The notes beneath the pieces were generated by a model. The model searched no databases, was not told the DNA's origin, and was given only the letters and a program-made list of their open reading frames with translations. A DNA stretch of 64,000 bases from Planctomycetota bacterium (lineage in GTDB: Bacteria; Planctomycetota; SZUA-567; H5-PLA8): contig JBBRPR010000010.1 of the NCBI GenBank assembly GCA_038227875.1, forward strand, positions 64,001 through 128,000, in the 5' to 3' direction. The translations under genes and the position numbers were made by a program. Positions 9,514 to 18,301 of this stretch are shown one piece after another. The number at the start of each line of letters is the position of its first letter. Within the stretch, counting starts at the first letter, position 1.

Positions 9514-10557
9514 TTGAGTCGGGTTTCTCGCGTGGGTTCAATGATGCGAATGCATTCGAAACCAGGCCTGAACTTCGCCACGCTTGCCTCTTTGGTGCGC
9601 CGCCACGTCGCGGTGCTGCTGGCGGTATTGTCGCTGGGCGTTTTTGGCTGCCGCACGGCGGATGTACAGCCCGGCAAGCCCCAGTTCGACACCGATATCA
9701 AGATTCTGGAACCCGCCTACGCCATGCGGCGGCCGAAAGATACGCCGTGGTATGCCAATATGCAGGTGCTGCTCGACGAGAAACCGGTCGACGAGAAGGA
9801 TCTGGAGACGAAGATCAACGAGGGCAAGCCCACCGTTCGCAAGAACACGGAGGAACTGCTTCAAGAGATCGAGAACAAGATCGACGAACAGCGCAAGGGC
9901 AACGAGCGCTGGAGCATCATTTCCGTGCAGTGCGGCCGGGGGAAGAAGCCGAACGAAATCCACTTTGATGCGGAAGTTGGGCTTACGAAACTTTATACCC
10001 GCCGCCCGGCGATCGCGATCAGCGGGGTGCCGATGGATATCTGCATCGCCAAGCTCTGCCGCGAGTCGGAAGTCCAGGACGCCCAGCCCAAGGGTCACAA
10101 TCCGCTGGTCAATTACGATAAGCAGAACGTCTCGGCCTATGACGCGATCGAGGCGATTCTGAAATCGAACGGATTCGATTCGAAGTACTCCGACACCAGC
10201 TACAAACTGACATACAAGGCGCAGGACTACGCCAGTCGCAAGGAATTTGTGGATGCCGTAACGACTGCGGTACTCGCCAAGGGGCAGACTTTAAACGGGG
10301 TCAAGTCGGCGTTGATCGTCTCGCCGCATGTGAAGGATCCGACGAAAACGGGCACCGACACCAAGACTTCGACCGAAACAAAGACAGCGGACACTGTGCC
10401 GGTCAAGGATTCCAAGGATCAGCCGAAGGACGCGCCCAAGGAGTCGAAGGACAACAAGGATTCAAAGAAGGCCAAGGTTGTGGACAACAGCGAGATCGGC
10501 ACCGTCGATCTGCCAGTTCCGCCGCCGCCCAAGGAAAAGCCGCAGGACAAGCGCTGA
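9514..10557 (+). CDS. Putative lipoprotein with STN-like (secretin/TonB short N-terminal) segment and K/D/P-rich tail
   Basis: Hydrophobic stretch ending LGVFGC (lipobox-like); GVPMDICIAKLC...QNVSAYDAIEAILKSNG resembles STN. Real start probably downstream of 9514. Confidence 0.6.
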   Translation: MSRVSRVGSMMRMHSKPGLNFATLASLVRRHVAVLLAVLSLGVFGCRTADVQPGKPQFDTDIKILEPAYAMRRPKDTPWYANMQVLLDEKPVDEKDLETKINEGKPTVRKNTEELLQEIENKIDEQRKGNERWSIISVQCGRGKKPNEIHFDAEVGLTKLYTRRPAIAISGVPMDICIAKLCRESEVQDAQPKGHNPLVNYDKQNVSAYDAIEAILKSNGFDSKYSDTSYKLTYKAQDYASRKEFVDAVTTAVLAKGQTLNGVKSALIVSPHVKDPTKTGTDTKTSTETKTADTVPVKDSKDQPKDAPKESKDNKDSKKAKVVDNSEIGTVDLPVPPPPKEKPQDKR

Positions 10558-10611
10558 CGCGGCTGGGCAGCCCGTTGATAACTCTTGACCTGACCTTTTT
10601 CGATAGGCTGC

Positions 10612-11391
10612 TTAGAGTCCGTCGTTTCGAATATCGCTGAGCGCCGGAAATTCCGCGCGCCAGGCTTTTAGCTTTTCCAGATCAAGATCGGCCGCGATGG
10701 CGCACGGGCTGTCGCCGGCTTGAGCCAGGATTTCTCCACGCATATCGATGATCGTGCTGCCGCCAGCGTAAGCATGGCGCGGATCCTGACCGCAGCGGTT
10801 GACGGCCGCAATGTAGCACTGGTTTTCAATGGCGCGAGCGCGGAGCAGCGTGGTCCAGTGCTCGTGCCGGGCTTTGGGCCAGTTGGCGAGCACGCAGATC
10901 AGCGTTGCGCCCTGCTTGACGGCGGCACGAAACGTCTCGGGGAAGCGCAGGTCGTAGCAGATCAGCGGTGCGACGTGAAAGCCGGCGACTTCGAATTGCG
11001 TCAGCGCGTCGCCGGGCAAGTAGACCTTGTCTTCGCCGGCGAACGAAAACGGATGAAGTTTGCAATACAGTGCCCGGAGCGTGCCGTCCGGACTGAACGC
11101 GACGGCTTCATTCAGGCCGCGGCCGTCGGGATCTGGCGCACGGCCAACAATGCCGGCGAGGACGGTGTTCTGGAAGTCATGCGCGAGGCTCTGGAGAAAG
11201 ACTTCCGACTCCCGCGCGGGCCCGTCCGCGGCTGCGGCCACGTTCATGGTAAATCCGGAAGCGAACATTTCCGGCAGCAGCAGCAGGGAATCCGGAGACG
11301 GCGTGACGCGTTTGAGCAGTTCCCGCACACGCTTGAAATTGGCCGGTTTGTCTTCCCAGGCCGTATCTGGCTGACAGCAGATTACACGCAT
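10612..11391 (-). CDS. Carbon-nitrogen hydrolase (omega-amidase YafV/Nit2-like)
   Basis: Catalytic triad motifs LPEMF, YCKLH, ICYDLRFPE; ARAIENQ. Confidence 0.9.
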   Translation of the reverse strand: MRVICCQPDTAWEDKPANFKRVRELLKRVTPSPDSLLLLPEMFASGFTMNVAAAADGPARESEVFLQSLAHDFQNTVLAGIVGRAPDPDGRGLNEAVAFSPDGTLRALYCKLHPFSFAGEDKVYLPGDALTQFEVAGFHVAPLICYDLRFPETFRAAVKQGATLICVLANWPKARHEHWTTLLRARAIENQCYIAAVNRCGQDPRHAYAGGSTIIDMRGEILAQAGDSPCAIAADLDLEKLKAWRAEFPALSDIRNDGL

Positions 11392-11480
11392 GGTGAGTTC
11401 CCATTTGGTGCCACTGGTACGGACAATTCTGAGACCCTGTTGCAAATTTGCCATCGGGTGCGAATGAAGTGGGATGAAAT

Positions 11481-11512
11481 AAAAACAGGCCCCATAAAGG
11501 GGCCTGTTTTTT
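11481..11512. terminator. Intrinsic terminator downstream of porin gene
   Basis: AAAAACAGGCCCC-ATAAA-GGGGCCTGTTTTT perfect stem with A/T tails. Confidence 0.85.
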
Positions 11513-11529
11513 CGGAACGGTATTGGTTC

Positions 11530-13020
11530 TCAGAACTTGTACAGCCAGCTGACCGAGAACGTGTCCTGGTAGTCCTGGCCCCAAGGATGGGCGCGGACCA
11601 ACGCGTCGACATTGTTGATGTCGTTGTTGCGGGAGCTGAACGCGTTGACGTTCGACTTGTCGTGGCGGTATTCGAAGCGCATGTGGAGCGGGTCAGACAG
11701 GGCGTAGTCCGTGGTGATCGTACCGGACTGGAGGTCCTGGCGGAAGCCCGTGCGCGCACCTTCCGGATCCGAGAAGTATTCGTAGCGACCGGCCACGTAC
11801 CACTTTTCGGTGAACTGATACTTGACGTACGCAGCAGCGCCGTACCAACGGCGGAAGTTGCGGGTCGTCAGGACGCCCGGGATTTCGTCGGGAGCGCCTT
11901 CGGTGCCGTAGTCGGCGTTCAGGACGAACGTGAACTTCTCGAACGGAGTGAACGTCATGACGGTGTCGAGCACAGCGCGCGGGCGGCCGTGCGACGGATC
12001 GAACTTCTTGCCCGTGAGCTGAGACTTCGCACCCGGCGTGGTCGGATCGTCCGGCGCGAGGCCCGGAGCATTCGGGTTGGCGAAGGTCGTGGCGCCGGCG
12101 GTGGCGTCATTGAAGCGCTGGCGTTCGTCGATGTACTGAGATTCACCGACACTTCCCTGTACAGTCCAGTTGAACCACTTCACCGGGGTCCAGTTCGACA
12201 TGAACAGACCGGTCGGGGAGTCCACTGGGTTCTGGATGGTATCGTTCGCGTTGGCAATGCCCAAACCGACAGTCCAGACGTCCTTGAAGGGGCTGTAGGT
12301 CGCGCGGACGCCGGTGTGCGTGAACGGAAAGGCGTCGCCGAAGAGGAAGGAGCGCGATTCGTTCATGTTGTCGGCGGCTTCGATCGTTTCCGCGCCCATC
12401 CATGTGACGAACTTACCGAAGTCGATCGTGATTTCGTTGCCGTGGCAGCCGCAGCCGACGCCCAGCTTGTATTCCAGATACGCCTGCTTCAGGTCAACCA
12501 CTTCGAACTGGTTGTTGCGCGCGCCCGGCGTGCTGATGTTATCCTGCGACGCGAAGATGCGCGGGTCGGTGCCCAACGCCATGTCGATCTTGAAACCGGC
12601 CTGACCAGCTTCGGTCGGGAGGCGGTCGAACGTCAGCTCGGCGAGGTGGACATTGAAGCCGTTGCTGTCGTTATCGAAAATGCGCTGATTGCTGTTGATG
12701 TTGTTCGGCCGGTTGAAATTGTACTGGTAGCTGGTGTCGAGGTAACCACCGATCTTCAACGGGCGGGTATTGCAACCCGGTTCCGGCGCAGTCACCACCA
12801 TACCCATCTTCTGGTTGGCTTCGGAGACCGCGTGGTCTACAGCGGAATGGCCACCCGAAGCAGCCTTCAGCTTGGATTCCAAATCCGCGTTCTTCTCTTC
12901 CAACGCCTTGAGGCGCGCGAGCACTTGCGTCATATCGCCGCCTTCGGCGCCGATTGTTACGCTCCCCATGCTGACGCACACAGCCAAAAGGGCGATCAGC
13001 CACAGCCCACGTCGAATCAT
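11530..13020 (-). CDS. Outer-membrane beta-barrel porin (BBP2/DUF1597-like)
   Basis: Signal peptide, coiled coil, GGYLDTSYQYNFN, QAYLEY, GKFVTWMGAETIEAADNMNESRS, PFTHTGVR, RFEYRHD and C-terminal aromatic YKF; strong RBS. Confidence 0.85.
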   Translation of the reverse strand: MIRRGLWLIALLAVCVSMGSVTIGAEGGDMTQVLARLKALEEKNADLESKLKAASGGHSAVDHAVSEANQKMGMVVTAPEPGCNTRPLKIGGYLDTSYQYNFNRPNNINSNQRIFDNDSNGFNVHLAELTFDRLPTEAGQAGFKIDMALGTDPRIFASQDNISTPGARNNQFEVVDLKQAYLEYKLGVGCGCHGNEITIDFGKFVTWMGAETIEAADNMNESRSFLFGDAFPFTHTGVRATYSPFKDVWTVGLGIANANDTIQNPVDSPTGLFMSNWTPVKWFNWTVQGSVGESQYIDERQRFNDATAGATTFANPNAPGLAPDDPTTPGAKSQLTGKKFDPSHGRPRAVLDTVMTFTPFEKFTFVLNADYGTEGAPDEIPGVLTTRNFRRWYGAAAYVKYQFTEKWYVAGRYEYFSDPEGARTGFRQDLQSGTITTDYALSDPLHMRFEYRHDKSNVNAFSSRNNDINNVDALVRAHPWGQDYQDTFSVSWLYKF

Positions 13021-13105
13021 TCCTATTCCTCCCTGGGTAAAAACCAAGACCGCTTTTCGCAGTCATCCACAATTGGATGCGTGTAAATGAGATTCTATTT
13101 ACACG

Positions 13106-13120
13106 GCATACGTCATGCCA
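13106..13120 (-). promoter_or_regulatory. Sigma54-type -24/-12 promoter for the porin gene
   Basis: Minus strand reads TGGCATGACGTATGC = GG-N10-GC, about 85 nt upstream of the porin ATG. Confidence 0.55.
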
Positions 13121-13279
13121 AGTTTGTCTTGAGTGGTGCGGAGCTTACTGCCGATACTCTCACGCACAAGAGGAATTTACAATTTCATACGTTGTGCGTG
13201 AAAATTTAACCCATTGTATCACAAGGACTTAAATTTGGTCACCCTGATCATTTTTAAACATTTCGTAAGTCCATTCTGT

Positions 13280-13555
13280 TCAAAACGTTGCGGAAATAAC
13301 AAACTCTTCATACTCCAAAGATGCCATTTCCCAAGCGATTTCGAGGTTCTCGATATGGCCGGACATTTCTGATTTTATTGCATTTAGAAAGGCCTCGAGC
13401 TCGGATTTCTCACTTTCGGCAACCAACTCTACTCTGCCGTCAGAGCGATTCCGGACCCACCCGGAGACCTTAAATCCCGCCGCAATCGTACGGCAGGTAT
13501 AACGGAACCCTACTCCCTGCACACGGCCCGTGAAGAATACGTGAATGCGCTGCAT
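13280..13555 (-). CDS. acyP: Acylphosphatase
   Basis: GRVQGVGFR and GWVRNRSDGRVE signatures. Confidence 0.93.
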   Translation of the reverse strand: MQRIHVFFTGRVQGVGFRYTCRTIAAGFKVSGWVRNRSDGRVELVAESEKSELEAFLNAIKSEMSGHIENLEIAWEMASLEYEEFVISATF

Positions 13556-13692
13556 GCTGGAAATGTTGAGCAGCGAATGTTGAATGTCGAGTGAAATTAT
13601 GGGGTCGAATCAGGCGGAACAGGCGCGCTCCAATTAATTAATTATGCGCTCGCCGATGCAAAATCTGAGAATGGAAGTTAGGATGTATCTAT

Positions 13693-15102
13693 ATGGATAA
13701 CTCCACTTCCAATGAAGCTCTGCTGCGCGGACTTCCTGCCGTTCAGCGTCTCCTCGACGAGCCCGAGCTTCGAACGCTCCAGGTTCAGTGCGGCCGCGAC
13801 GCGGTGCTCACCGCCGTGCGGGAAACCGTCGCGACCGTGCGCGCGGAAATTCTCTCCGGCGCTTTTTCCAGTAATGGAAACGGCGTGGTGACGCCGGCCC
13901 TCGTGGTCCGGAAAGTGGTCCAGCGCGTTCAGCGCCGCTTTGCCGGCGGCGTGCGACGCGCGATCAACGCGACGGGAGTGATCCTGCATACCGGGCTGGG
14001 CCGTGCGGTTCTGCCCGAGGCGGCCATTCGCGCGATCGTCGACGAGCTTTCCGGCTTCGCTTCCGTGGAAGTGGACGTCGAATCCGGCACCCGTGGCCAT
14101 CGCGACGACACCGTGCGCGATCTGGTTACCACACTATTGGGATGCGAACACGCGACGATCGTCAACAACAACGCCGCGGCCACGATGCTGGCACTGGCTG
14201 CGATCGCGCGCGGTAAAGAGGTCATTGTCAGCCGCGGACAACTGGTGGAAATCGGCGGCTCCTTCCGCGTTCCGGACGTGATGCGCGAGAGCGGTTGTAA
14301 GCTGGTCGAAGTCGGCACCACCAATCGCACCTATATCAGGGACTTCGAAGCCGCGATTACGCCGGAGACGGCGGCCTTGATGCTCGTCCACACCAGCAAT
14401 TTCAGAATTGTGGGATTCACCGCGGAACCGACGGTCCGCGAACTGGCGGAACTGGCGCATCGGCACAACCTCCCCCTTATCTATGACATCGGATCCGGCG
14501 CACTGCTTCCCGCACTGGCGGAAGAACTGCGCGAAGAGCCGGTCGTCAAGCAGGCGTTGGACGATGGCGCGGATCTGGTGCTGTTCTCTGCCGATAAAAT
14601 TCTCGGCGCGGCGCAGGGCGGCATCGCGGCCGGGCGCAAAGATCTGGTTGAAAAGCTGCGCCGTCATCCACTCTACCGCGCGTTCCGCGTCGATAAGCTG
14701 ACACTGCGGGCCGTCGAGACGACGTTGCAGCTGTACCTTCATTCCGAAAAACGGGCCGAGACGATTCCGACGCTGCGGATGTTAAAGCGGACGCTGGCCA
14801 GCATCAGCGATGAGGCCGCGGCGCTCGCGACGGCGCTGACGCGCGCCAACGGCAAGCTCGAAGCGCTGTGCCTGGAAGAGTCTTCGCGACTGGGTTCGGG
14901 AAGTTTGCCGGAGCGGAATATTCCCACGCGTGTGGTGGCGTTGCGGCACGCGACGCTGCCGGCCGCGGAGTTCGGCGCGAAACTGCGCGAGCACACGCCG
15001 CCGATCTTCACGCGCATCCAGGACGACCGCGTCTACATCGATCCGCGTACATTGCTTCCGGGCGATGGAGATGAAATTGTGCGTGCGGTGACGGCGCTTT
15101 AG
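13693..15102 (+). CDS. selA: L-seryl-tRNA(Sec) selenium transferase
   Basis: INATGVILHTGLGRA, VNNNAAA, SRGQLVEIGGSFR, EVGTTNRT, HTSNF, FSADKILG (PLP Lys). Confidence 0.93.
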   Translation: MDNSTSNEALLRGLPAVQRLLDEPELRTLQVQCGRDAVLTAVRETVATVRAEILSGAFSSNGNGVVTPALVVRKVVQRVQRRFAGGVRRAINATGVILHTGLGRAVLPEAAIRAIVDELSGFASVEVDVESGTRGHRDDTVRDLVTTLLGCEHATIVNNNAAATMLALAAIARGKEVIVSRGQLVEIGGSFRVPDVMRESGCKLVEVGTTNRTYIRDFEAAITPETAALMLVHTSNFRIVGFTAEPTVRELAELAHRHNLPLIYDIGSGALLPALAEELREEPVVKQALDDGADLVLFSADKILGAAQGGIAAGRKDLVEKLRRHPLYRAFRVDKLTLRAVETTLQLYLHSEKRAETIPTLRMLKRTLASISDEAAALATALTRANGKLEALCLEESSRLGSGSLPERNIPTRVVALRHATLPAAEFGAKLREHTPPIFTRIQDDRVYIDPRTLLPGDGDEIVRAVTAL

Positions 15103-15533
15103 TTCCGGATCGGGTCGCGTGTGAACGGGCGATCGAAAGAGTAGCCGTTGGGCGTTCGCGAATAGGGCACATAGAACGTCACTTTGCTGCCGCTGCGATG
15201 CAGCAGGTCCACGCGCAGGGCGTCAGTTTCGCCGGAGTTATCCTGCCGTGGGCAACTCACGTTCATGCAGAGCGCCGTCGAGCGCCAGCGTCCGGCGGCG
15301 ATACCCGCGGAAAACGTTTCCGCCAGCGTGCTCAGAATTTCGCGCAGCAGCGGCGGATCGTCGCCGGTCAGGACGTTGTGATTTTCGATCTGGCCGGATG
15401 TCGTGACCACGGCGCCGAAGGGATAGAAGGTGTTGAATTTTAGCAACTTTCCTTCCGCGATGTTGACGGCGTGGGTCAACAATGCCGTGTAATCCGGCGC
15501 GAGATCGGGGTCAGTCGGATTCGGATCGGGCAT
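15099..15533 (-). CDS. Hypothetical protein (144 aa)
   Basis: C-terminal part of the 527-aa ORF from ATG 15533 (MPDPNPTD...FYPFGAVV...TDALRVDLLH...YVPY) reads as a compact conserved-looking domain; the rest of that ORF is antisense to the AraC gene. Confidence 0.6.
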   Translation of the reverse strand: MPDPNPTDPDLAPDYTALLTHAVNIAEGKLLKFNTFYPFGAVVTTSGQIENHNVLTGDDPPLLREILSTLAETFSAGIAAGRWRSTALCMNVSCPRQDNSGETDALRVDLLHRSGSKVTFYVPYSRTPNGYSFDRPFTRDPIRN

Positions 15534-15677
15534 GACGGCGTCCTGTGGATTCCACGTTGAATACGGCCTAAAAGTCGGGCCAGTGTCCTCAAAAGTGTGG
15601 GATTTACGAGAGAAATTGCGGCGTAATGCGCGCAGACCCCTTGACCCGTGTGCCGCGCACGGGGTAACGTCCCCGGC

Positions 15678-16550
15678 ATGGCCAATCCCCGTTTTGATGT
15701 GATGACCCGCTTCGAATCGGCTGCATTGCCACGGGTAATTCACGCAGGCATTGCGCGCGATCCGGCCGGGACGGCGTTCGAAGAACACACGCTGGACTTG
15801 CTGGAGATCAATTTCCAGTCCGGCGGCAGTTGCGGCATCGTGGTCAATGGCACGCATACGCGCACGGAAGCGGGATCGGCGTACATGTATCGTCCAGGCG
15901 ATGTCTGCCGCGCATGGGTTGAACCGAATGCCGGAGCGCTGGTCTGCCGCTGGGTGAAGTTCACCTGGCCGGACAAAGACGCGAAAGCGGGGGGATTCGA
16001 GTTGCCGCGGGCCGTCGCGCTTTCTCCCGAAGGCCAGCGGATGGCGCAGCTTCATTTTGATGCTCTGCTGAATGCGCACGCCAACGGGCAGCCGGGCTGG
16101 GAGGTCGTCGCGAGCGGCAACCTGACGGCGCTGATCGGCGTACTGCTGCGCGAATCCGCGCGGGCCGGTCGCAGCAGCGGCAGTCCGGCGCTCGACCGGC
16201 GGCTGGCGGCCGCGTGTACGTTCATGGAACAGAATTTCGCACGGCGCCTGAAGATCCGCGACGTGGCGAAATCCGCGCGGCTGGCGGAGGATTATTTCTC
16301 GCGCGTGTTCCGCAAACGGCTGGGCGTCTCTCCGTTGCAGTACCTGATCGGCGCGCGCATTCAGGAAGGCCGCCGACTTCTGGCGCACTCTCCGGGCATG
16401 ACGATCCGCGAAGCCAGCCGGCTGTCCGGATTCGACGATGCGCGCCACTTTGCGCGTTCGTTCCGCCGGCAGTTCGGAGTGACGCCGGACCAGTTCCGCC
16501 GTGAACTGGCATCGCCCTTCAAATCCGCGCTCAAGCCGCCGCGCAGTTGA
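15678..16550 (+). CDS. AraC family transcriptional regulator
   Basis: Cupin-like N-terminus; YFSRVFRKRLGVSPLQY...GFDDARHFARSFRRQFGVTPDQFR double HTH. Confidence 0.9.
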   Translation: MANPRFDVMTRFESAALPRVIHAGIARDPAGTAFEEHTLDLLEINFQSGGSCGIVVNGTHTRTEAGSAYMYRPGDVCRAWVEPNAGALVCRWVKFTWPDKDAKAGGFELPRAVALSPEGQRMAQLHFDALLNAHANGQPGWEVVASGNLTALIGVLLRESARAGRSSGSPALDRRLAAACTFMEQNFARRLKIRDVAKSARLAEDYFSRVFRKRLGVSPLQYLIGARIQEGRRLLAHSPGMTIREASRLSGFDDARHFARSFRRQFGVTPDQFRRELASPFKSALKPPRS

Positions 16551-16581
16551 CACCGGAATCCTGCACCGTTTCACCGGGTTC
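16551..16581 (+). promoter_or_regulatory. Possible AraC-type operator (21-bp-spaced direct repeat)
   Basis: CACCGGAATC at 16551 and CACCGGGTTC at 16572, upstream of the PhyH gene. Confidence 0.35.
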
Positions 16582-16665
16582 GCGACGTCGCCGGCCGCTC
16601 CGGCGCGGGGTACCTTTACTCCAGAACGATTCGCCGCTTTGGAACTCTGGAGGAACACCCACGCC

Positions 16666-17466
16666 ATGCGCTTCACGCTCAACGATCAGCACATCAACGA
16701 ATTTCATTCGCAGGGACTCACGGTTTTCCGTGGCGTCATTCCGCCGGCGCTGATTCGCGATCTCCGGCGCGTCTGCGCCGACGGCGCGGCGCTGATTCGC
16801 GAGAAAGGAAACAAGGACGCGCAGCGTTTTCAGCCGGTCTCGAAATTCGAGATCGCGCAGAAGCCGTTTGAGGACTACCGCGATCTGCCGGAGCTGAAAG
16901 ACGCGTTCACGCGCCTCTTTTCGCCGCATCACGCGCACGGCGAATTATCGATTCTGGGCGTACTGATCGAACCAACGCAGCGGCCGTGGTGCACGAATTG
17001 GCATCGCGATTTTGTGCATCATGGTTTTGAACTGACGATGGAGACGACGCCGTTCATGAATCTGAATTTGTTCAACCAGATCAACTGCGCGCTCTACGAG
17101 GACGGCAGCACCTGGTACGTGCCGGGCAGTCACCTGCGTGCGGAACTGCCGGGCGAACTGGCCGCGTTTGGCGGACAACTGCCGGTGCCTGCGCCGGATT
17201 TGGAAAATTTGAGCGCCGAAGAAGCCGAAGCGCGATGTCTGGCCTATTGCCGCAAGATGCCCGGCGGTGTGCAGGTGCAGCTCAATGCCGGCGACCTGGC
17301 CGTGTACCGCGCGATCGGCTGGCACCTCGGCAATTACGCGCCATACCGCAAACGTGCGACGCTGCATGATGCGGTTGAGACACCGGAATACAAAGTGTGG
17401 CGCGATGCGGTTTACTCTGCCGCTGCCAAACGCAAGACCGAACAAGCGCTGGCCCTTGCGAAGTGA
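16666..17466 (+). CDS. Phytanoyl-CoA dioxygenase (PhyH) family Fe(II)/2OG enzyme
   Basis: WHRD (HxD), YVPGSH, LNAGD, WHLG distal His, RATLH; RBS GGAGG. Confidence 0.85.
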   Translation: MRFTLNDQHINEFHSQGLTVFRGVIPPALIRDLRRVCADGAALIREKGNKDAQRFQPVSKFEIAQKPFEDYRDLPELKDAFTRLFSPHHAHGELSILGVLIEPTQRPWCTNWHRDFVHHGFELTMETTPFMNLNLFNQINCALYEDGSTWYVPGSHLRAELPGELAAFGGQLPVPAPDLENLSAEEAEARCLAYCRKMPGGVQVQLNAGDLAVYRAIGWHLGNYAPYRKRATLHDAVETPEYKVWRDAVYSAAAKRKTEQALALAK

Positions 17467-17467
17467 A

Positions 17468-18031
17468 TTACTTCTCGGCGGGCTTCGCTTCACCGGGAAT
17501 CGTGATCTCGAAATCCTTCGACGAGACGGAGCCGAAGAAAAATTCGGACATCACTTTCTTGGACTCTGTCTCGCGTTTTTCGCCCTTCTTGATGAACCAC
17601 GCGTCCATGAAGAAGCTATCCTTCTTCACGTCGTACGACACGCTGACGGTATAATGGCCCGGCGGCAGGTCCACCGCGATGGCGCGTGTGACGCGGCTCT
17701 TTGCACGCAACCGCAGGCGGTCTTCGGGGGCGGCGATCCAGTCTTTGTGCTTGGTGGAAAGCTTGATCGTTTCGTTTTTCGGCGTCATCGCGTTGACGGT
17801 CACGACGCCGAACTCGGGATCCAGCTTGTTCAGCAGGAGCAGATCCGAGTCGCCGGAGTTTTCGAATTCGAGCCAGAGCTTGCCTTCTTTGAACGACACG
17901 TCGCTAATGGCAAGCGGTGTCTTTGGAGGCTCGTCGGATTCGCAGTGCGCCGATGAGATCACACAAAATGTGGCCGCTAAGGCCATACCAAGAACCGCGC
18001 GCATGTCGGGAACTCCAGCCATCGTTCGCAT
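17468..18031 (-). CDS. Hypothetical exported protein (Ig-like fold possible)
   Basis: Signal-peptide-like segment from MRAVLG; LPPGHYTVSVSY; codon usage like neighbours. Confidence 0.6.
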   Translation of the reverse strand: MRTMAGVPDMRAVLGMALAATFCVISSAHCESDEPPKTPLAISDVSFKEGKLWLEFENSGDSDLLLLNKLDPEFGVVTVNAMTPKNETIKLSTKHKDWIAAPEDRLRLRAKSRVTRAIAVDLPPGHYTVSVSYDVKKDSFFMDAWFIKKGEKRETESKKVMSEFFFGSVSSKDFEITIPGEAKPAEK

Positions 18032-18301
18032 ACGAACCGAAGTTAGTTCTATACGCAGCCGCGCCCGTCGTCCAACCGCTTGAACAATCTGCGGCCACCA
18101 AACATCCTCCTAAAATATTTTCAGGGAAACCAGAATCCGCCGTGTTACCCTAACCACCCGAAGTGGAGGATGACCTCTGCGGACTGCTGGGCGGACGGTT
18201 TTTTTGTTTAGTTTTTGCAGCGGCAGGATTGCAGGCACTACTGTATAAGTGCAAGTTCCTCACATTAGTAACACAGTCGAGTCGCTTATTTAGGAGGGGT
18301 C

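Noticed and set aside
12440..12456. Heme-binding CxxCH in the porin
   Set aside because: The motif is CGCH (CxCH), not CxxCH.
10720..13086. 788-aa plus-strand ORF
   Set aside because: Antisense shadow of the porin and amidase genes; typical of high-GC3 DNA, with no motifs.
13556..13692. Possible tRNA-Sec beside selA
   Set aside because: No cloverleaf, T-loop or UCA anticodon arm.
15534..16682. N-terminal ~380 aa of the 527-aa minus ORF
   Set aside because: Overlaps the clear AraC gene in antisense; only the last 144 aa are credible.
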